Position numbers and translations under genes: made by a program. Below the pieces are notes generated by a model. The model made no database searches. It had not been told where the DNA came from and worked only from the letters and a program-made list of their open reading frames with translations. This document shows, in pieces, positions 57,091 through 64,000 of a DNA stretch of 64,000 bases. Each line of letters starts with the position of its first letter. Positions within the stretch are counted from its first letter, which is position 1. The stretch comes from an uncultured Candidatus Saccharibacteria bacterium (GTDB lineage: Bacteria; Patescibacteriota; Minisyncoccia; Phycocordibacterales; CAYRGE01): NCBI GenBank assembly GCA_964612415.1, contig CAZTCT010000003.1, positions 10,477 through 74,476 of the forward strand. Direction: 5' to 3'.

Positions 57091-57639
57091 ATGAAAAAAG
57101 TTTTGTCGGTCCCATATATATCCCAACGCAAAGAAACCCAAGATCCATTTTGGTGGGAGAGGGCATGTGGTATTTTCGTGGTTTCAATGCTGCTTAAGTA
57201 TTTTGGGGAATCATTCAAATCGATAGACGATCTACTTAGTGAAGGGGTAAAAACGGGAGGGTATATTCAAAATGTCGGGTGGCGGCACGACGCTCTTGTT
57301 GATTTGGCGCGCGCCCATGGCGTTGCGCTTGAACGAAGAGAATATAAAGCTCAGTCGTCTAATGACGGGGAAACACTCCTTGTGCAAGGACTAGAAGATA
57401 TTGTAAGTGCAATTGATGGAGAAAAACCTGTGGTTGTTTCTGTGACACGCCCAAGTGGGTCTTCGCACCTCGCGGTAGTGGTTGGGTACGACAAACAGGA
57501 GGGTCATAAAGGGTTCTATATTCACGACTTTGATCCCGACGCAGAAGGGCCTGGGGAGGGGCAATTTGTACCTGAGGACTTGCTTAAATCATCATGGCGC
57601 AGACTTGCTATTTTTTGTAAAAATAAGCCCGCAAAATAA
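57091..57639 (+). CDS. Peptidase_C39-like (BtrH-like) domain protein
   Basis: VPYISQRKETQDPFWWERACGIFVVSMLLKYFG (C39_2-like VPxIxQ...CG signature) and downstream His in SSHLAVVVGYD; start 1 nt after pheT stop. Confidence 0.55.
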   Translation: MKKVLSVPYISQRKETQDPFWWERACGIFVVSMLLKYFGESFKSIDDLLSEGVKTGGYIQNVGWRHDALVDLARAHGVALERREYKAQSSNDGETLLVQGLEDIVSAIDGEKPVVVSVTRPSGSSHLAVVVGYDKQEGHKGFYIHDFDPDAEGPGEGQFVPEDLLKSSWRRLAIFCKNKPAK

Positions 57640-57648
57640 GGCTTTTTT
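57625..57648 (+). terminator. weak hairpin (AAGCC-N10-GGCTT) + T6 overlapping stop codon
   Basis: 5-bp stem then TTTTTT at 57643-57648. Confidence 0.3.
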
Positions 57649-57681
57649 GACTACTTTAGACTTCCTTCTCACCCCAAAATT

Positions 57682-57690
57682 TGCTATAAT
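57682..57690 (+). promoter_or_regulatory. extended -10 promoter element TGCTATAAT upstream of gyrB
   Basis: TGCTATAAT 57682-57690; gyrB ATG 57738. Confidence 0.45.
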
Positions 57691-57692
57691 AA

Positions 57693-59795
<2,103 letters not shown>

Positions 59796-59814
59796 GTCAA
59801 ATATTGATGTACAG

Positions 59815-59844
59815 AAAAAATCCCGCATTGTCGCGGGATTTTTG
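59815..59844. terminator. bidirectional intrinsic terminator (A6-TCCCGC-attgtc-GCGGGA-T5) between gyrB and thrS
   Basis: Stem 59821-59826 / 59833-59838 with A-tract 5' and T-tract 3'. Confidence 0.75.
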
Positions 59845-59855
59845 TTTGGACCATG

Positions 59856-61622
59856 TTATGGTTTTTCTGAAACGATGCGTTCTATAAATTGTTCTGGTGT
59901 GATAGCACCTATCTTTTCTCCATCTCTATTCTCAACAGTTACTGTTTTTGCTTCAATTTCTTTATCACCAACAACGAGCAGGTAAGGGATTTTCTCTGTC
60001 TTGCCTGTGCGGATGCGTTTGCCAAGTGTTTCACCCGATTCATCTAGTTCCACGCGGATGCCAGACTTTTTCAAAGTATTAAAAATCTCACGTGCATATT
60101 CGGAATGCTTTTCTGAAACGGGCAAGATCCGTGTTTGTACTGGGGCAAGCCATGAAGGGAATGCACCGGCGTAGTGCTCAATGAGAATGCCTAAAAATCT
60201 ATCCGGGGATCCGACAAGTGCTCTGTGGATCATGATAGGCATTTTCTCGCTCCCGTCTTTATCTGTGTAAGATAGTTTAAATCGCGTTGGTTGGTTGAAA
60301 TCAAGCTGGACGGTTGAGATCTGCCACTCGCGTTTCATTGCATCAACGGCAATAATATCAATCTTTGGTCCGTAAAAGGCTGCTTCGCCGAGAGCCTCCT
60401 TAAATGTAATGTCCTTCTCTTTAAGAAGTTCACGCATAATATTTTCTGATTGATCCCAGACGGCTCCCTCACCAATATATTTTTCTTTATTTTCTGGGTC
60501 ACGCATTGATAGGCGCATCCAGTAATCAATCTTGTATGTTTTGAGAGCTTCTTCTATGGCGGCGAGCACATTGCCGATCTCATCTTTTATTTGATCTTCG
60601 CGACAAAAGATATGCCCATCGTCTTGAGAAAATGCACGAAGGCGAGTGAGTCCAGCAAGTTCTCCTGGGCGCTCATCGCGATAAAGATTTGCAAAGTCGG
60701 AGTAGCGGATAGGGAGATCGCGGTAGCTTCGCATCTGGCTTGCGTAGATCTGAGTATGCTGCGGGCAGTTCATTGGCTTCAAAAACATCTCGTCATCAAC
60801 ATACTGCGACTCTACCGAGAGCATGTCGTCTTTGTACTGATCGTAATGTCCTGAAATTTTAAAAAGCTCTGCCTTGTTTATGTTTGGCGTATGTACTTCG
60901 CCGAAACCCAGACGCTCATTGAGCGCTCGAGAATAATTGATAATGGCATTTCTGACGGTATTACCCTTTGGTGTGTAAAGAGGAAGTCCTGAGCCTACAA
61001 GTGGGGAGAAAAGAAAAAGGTCCAGCTCTTTGCCAAGTTTCTTATGGTCGCGTTTCTTTGCTTCTTCTTGCTCCGCAATATACGCATCAAGCTCTTGCTT
61101 GTTACCGAACGCAAGCCCGTAGATACGAGTGAGCATTTTGTTCTGCTCACTGCCACGCCAGTATGCGCCGGCAATATGAGAGAGGGTAAATGCATCAGCG
61201 GCGATCGTGTCCGTATTCTCTACATGTCCGCCTTTGCATAGATCAGTAAAGGTTCCGCTCGTGTAGGCAGTGAGTGCTTTGCCTTCAGTGGCGAAGTCCT
61301 CAATGAGCTCAATTTTATATGGTTCGCCGGCGAACATCTTGAGCGCTTCATCACGCGAGATCTCTTTGCGCTCAAACTGTATATGCTGACCCACAAGCTC
61401 ACGCATGCGCGTTTCGAGCGCAGGAAGGTCTTCTGCTTTGGGTGCTTCTCCCTCGGAGAAATCAAAGTCGTAATAAAATCCGTTGTGGATGGAGGGACCA
61501 ATACCAAGCTTGGCTTTCGGGTACTTCTCTTTTATGGCTGTGGCAAGTATATGTGCCAACGAGTGTCGGGATTGCTCAAGCGTATTTTCCATGGGCTTCA
61601 CTATATCACAAAAAGGCTTCAC
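59856..61622 (-). CDS. thrS: threonine--tRNA ligase lacking the N-terminal TGS domain
   Basis: Begins at N2/editing domain (SRHSLAHILATAIKEKYP...GPSIHNGFYYDFDF); class II core (RDHKKLGKELDLFLFS, motif 2/3) and anticodon-binding domain; ATG at 61592 may be the real start (GTG at 61622 abuts the dnaE stop). Confidence 0.85.
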   Translation of the reverse strand: MKPFCDIVKPMENTLEQSRHSLAHILATAIKEKYPKAKLGIGPSIHNGFYYDFDFSEGEAPKAEDLPALETRMRELVGQHIQFERKEISRDEALKMFAGEPYKIELIEDFATEGKALTAYTSGTFTDLCKGGHVENTDTIAADAFTLSHIAGAYWRGSEQNKMLTRIYGLAFGNKQELDAYIAEQEEAKKRDHKKLGKELDLFLFSPLVGSGLPLYTPKGNTVRNAIINYSRALNERLGFGEVHTPNINKAELFKISGHYDQYKDDMLSVESQYVDDEMFLKPMNCPQHTQIYASQMRSYRDLPIRYSDFANLYRDERPGELAGLTRLRAFSQDDGHIFCREDQIKDEIGNVLAAIEEALKTYKIDYWMRLSMRDPENKEKYIGEGAVWDQSENIMRELLKEKDITFKEALGEAAFYGPKIDIIAVDAMKREWQISTVQLDFNQPTRFKLSYTDKDGSEKMPIMIHRALVGSPDRFLGILIEHYAGAFPSWLAPVQTRILPVSEKHSEYAREIFNTLKKSGIRVELDESGETLGKRIRTGKTEKIPYLLVVGDKEIEAKTVTVENRDGEKIGAITPEQFIERIVSEKP

Positions 61623-64000
61623 TATGGAGATTTCAGCGCGAGCTCTTTCACCGCATCTATAACGATACTTTTCTCCCCATTGCGCTCAGAGATTCTCCCC
61701 TTGATCTTGATACAACGGTCTTTTGCTTCAAGTAGACTCCGAAACTCAGTGTAAGTCTTTGGAAACGCTACCGCCTCTATTTCTTCGTTGTAGTCTGCGA
61801 GACGTACAAAGGCCATGCGAGTCCCATTCTTTGTATTTACGACACGGACATCGTCAATTATTCCAGATACAACAGCGATCATCCCTTCACGCAGTTTGAG
61901 TGTGTTCTTAATTTCTGTGGGGACATTATATTGATCAAGTGGGTGCCCTGACACATACAGTCCAAGAAGCTCTTTTTCCCACGCGAGCCTTTCTGCCGCA
62001 CTCGCGTGAGGAGTATTTTTAAGTACGAGCGTTGATGTATCAGCATGTTCGGCGATATCGCCAAAAAGGGAAGTCTGATCTTTTGGCCCCTGGGCAAACT
62101 CACGATTGTAGGCAAGCGCCTCTTCCATGTTTGCAAGTAGATTGCCACGCTCTCCAAATTCATCAAGCGTTCCAGATTTGATTAGTGCTTCGAGAGACTT
62201 TTTATTCAAATTGCGGTGGGTTACGCGCTCAAGAAAGTTTGCAAAGGAAGTGAACTTACCATTTTCCTTACGTTCTTCAATGATCGCATGTGAAATATCA
62301 GAGCCGAGGTTTTTAATAGTGAAGAGGCCGAAGCGAATCTTGTCCTCCTCTGGTTTCTTGCCCTTTATTACCGCGAAATCCTCATAGCTTTCGTTAATAT
62401 CTGGCGGGAGCACGGGTATCTTCATGTGTTTGCACTCGCGGATGATCTCGGCGATTTTTTCTACATCACCAGAATCTGCGGTAAGTACAGCTGCCATATA
62501 CTCAGCAGGGTAGTTTGCTTTCATATATGCCGTTTGATATGCAACGCGGCCATAACTTGCAGAGTGTGCTTTATTAAAACCATACGCGGCAAAGGGTTCA
62601 ATCCAGGCCCAGATCTCCTCTGCTTTTTTGCGCGCCCACTTTGAATGCTCTACGCATCCCTCAATAAACTTCTCCTTTTGCTTTGCCATTTCTTCGGGAA
62701 TTTTCTTCCCAACAGCTTTACGGAATTTGTCGACTTCGCCCCAACTATATCCAGCAAGTTTGTTTGCCATGATGAGAAGATCATCTTGGTAGACAAGAAT
62801 TCCGTACGTCTGTTTCAAAATGTCTTCAAGCGCTGGGTCAAGGTAGGAAATGAGCTTTGGATTGTGTTTGCGGGCAATGTAATCAGGAATAAATTGCATT
62901 GGGCCAGGTCGATAGAGGGCAACCATAGCGTTGATGTCGTGGATAGATGTCGGCTTGAGTTCTACAAGCCATTTTGTCATGCCGTCTCCATTGAGCTGGA
63001 AGAGTCCGACTGTTTCGCCGCGAGCAAGCATTTCAAACGTCAGTTTGTCATCAAGCGGGATTTGCTCAATATCAATTTTTTCTCCACGAAGTTTTTCAAC
63101 GCGGCGCACTGCATTTGCAAGGATGGTCAGGTTTTTGATACCAAGAAAATCAAATTTGGTAAGACCAACTCCATCTTCGCCGACAGTGTACATGTCATAT
63201 TGGGTGATAATTTTTCCACCCTTCGGGTCAAACTGTACGGGTGTGTATTCAATGAGTGGCTTGGGTGCGATTACAACTCCTGCTGCGTGCACTGAAATGT
63301 GTCGAACACAACCTTCAAGACGTTTCGCAATGTCCAGAATTTCTTTTGCCGACTTATCGTCTTTGTACATTTTGGAGAGTTCTGGTTCAAGCTCCATTGC
63401 ATGATCAATGGTCATAGGGAATCCCTGCGAGCCCATAGGGATAAGCTTTGAGATACGGTCTCCAACCGCGTATTCATAACCGAGTGCACGTGCGACATCA
63501 CGTACTGCGCCGCGTGCCATCATAGTACCGAATGTTCCGATTTGGGCGACTTTATCTTCGCCATATTGTTTTTTTGTATACTCAAGCACTTCTTCTCGTC
63601 TGTTATCTGCGAAGTCCATATCAATATCGGGGGCAGAAGGACGGTCAGGATTGAGGAAGCGTTCGAATGGAATATTGTACTCCAGTGGATTGAGCTTTGT
63701 AATGCCAAGTACGTACGTCGTCATTGACCCTGCAACTGACCCTCGAATGTTGGTGTAAATATCGTGATCATGTGCAAAACGAATAAGGTCTTCCACAACA
63801 AGGAAATACGGTTCGTATCCTTTGAATTTGATGATACCGAGCTCGTATTCAAGACGTTCTTTTGCTGCAGCGTCTTTTTCAAGCCCACGGACCTTTAGTC
63901 CTGCGTATGCAAGTTCACGCAACTTTTCTGTCGGGGTGATTCCAGGTGGAAGAGGGAAGTCGGGGAAAAGAAAATGCCCAAGTTCAAGAGAAACATCACA
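61622..64000 (-). CDS. dnaE: DNA polymerase III alpha subunit (5' end beyond window)
   Basis: Minus-strand frame open to the window edge; ...ELAYAGLKVRGLEKDAAAKERLEYELGIIKFKGYEPYFLVVEDLI...; fingers/palm region, C-terminal OB-fold. Confidence 0.85.
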   Translation of the reverse strand, partial: CDVSLELGHFLFPDFPLPPGITPTEKLRELAYAGLKVRGLEKDAAAKERLEYELGIIKFKGYEPYFLVVEDLIRFAHDHDIYTNIRGSVAGSMTTYVLGITKLNPLEYNIPFERFLNPDRPSAPDIDMDFADNRREEVLEYTKKQYGEDKVAQIGTFGTMMARGAVRDVARALGYEYAVGDRISKLIPMGSQGFPMTIDHAMELEPELSKMYKDDKSAKEILDIAKRLEGCVRHISVHAAGVVIAPKPLIEYTPVQFDPKGGKIITQYDMYTVGEDGVGLTKFDFLGIKNLTILANAVRRVEKLRGEKIDIEQIPLDDKLTFEMLARGETVGLFQLNGDGMTKWLVELKPTSIHDINAMVALYRPGPMQFIPDYIARKHNPKLISYLDPALEDILKQTYGILVYQDDLLIMANKLAGYSWGEVDKFRKAVGKKIPEEMAKQKEKFIEGCVEHSKWARKKAEEIWAWIEPFAAYGFNKAHSASYGRVAYQTAYMKANYPAEYMAAVLTADSGDVEKIAEIIRECKHMKIPVLPPDINESYEDFAVIKGKKPEEDKIRFGLFTIKNLGSDISHAIIEERKENGKFTSFANFLERVTHRNLNKKSLEALIKSGTLDEFGERGNLLANMEEALAYNREFAQGPKDQTSLFGDIAEHADTSTLVLKNTPHASAAERLAWEKELLGLYVSGHPLDQYNVPTEIKNTLKLREGMIAVVSGIIDDVRVVNTKNGTRMAFVRLADYNEEIEAVAFPKTYTEFRSLLEAKDRCIKIKGRISERNGEKSIVIDAVKELALKSP

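Overview
This window is a gene-dense stretch of a compact bacterial genome. Many adjacent genes overlap at ATGA stop/start junctions, and transcription uses the standard genetic code (TGA is a stop). The overall style suggests a Candidate-Phyla-Radiation/Patescibacteria-like organism: the O-antigen-ligase-like gene carries a TPR tail, transketolase is split into two genes, ThrRS and PheS lack their usual N-terminal domains, and EF-Ts is short. That assignment is inference only.

Nt 1-25200 is one large cell-surface polysaccharide locus. It holds a 5'-truncated SDR epimerase/dehydratase fused to a GT4-N-like domain, at least seven GT4 glycosyltransferases and one GT2. It also holds a Wzx-type flippase and an O-antigen-ligase/Wzy-like membrane protein with TPR repeats. 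Modification genes include a CE4 polysaccharide deacetylase, a sugar N-formyltransferase, an AsnB-like amidotransferase that lacks the N-terminal Cys nucleophile, three SAM/FkbM methyltransferases and an APH/choline-kinase-fold kinase. A GT-B TagF-like protein and a NeuA/NeuB/NeuC-type nonulosonic-acid (sialic/legionaminic-like) biosynthesis module complete the locus.

Nt 25273-64000 is housekeeping. It contains murB, a small Lys/Arg-rich ORF with a 15-nt triple tandem repeat, secA, a DUF1653 gene and a MazG-like gene. Central carbon genes follow: MOFRL glycerate kinase, ppsA, eno, a D-2-hydroxyacid dehydrogenase, gap, rpiB, rpe, split transketolase, fba and a PfkB kinase. The stretch also holds a holin-family membrane protein, a DHH phosphoesterase, gatB, mscL, L25, an EnvC-like coiled-coil protein with a lytic-transglycosylase domain, L31, prfA and a large repeat-rich secreted protein. 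The window ends with rpsB, tsf, tRNA-Thr(UGU), pheS, pheT, a C39-like peptidase gene, gyrB, thrS and a partial dnaE.

The most unusual observations are these:
- PheT carries an NlpC/P60 papain-like domain inserted in its B5 region, and a Peptidase_C39-like gene follows it directly.
- tRNA-Thr is flanked by partial direct copies of its own 5' and 3' ends, an att-like footprint.
- A 24-nt perfect palindrome serves as an intrinsic terminator at two loci, with a variant at a third.
- At seven or more genes a -10 box (TATAAT/TACAAT, often TGn-extended) sits 6-8 nt upstream of the ATG, implying leaderless mRNAs.
- The MTase, small ORF and kinase trio resembles a split WbdD-like chain terminator.
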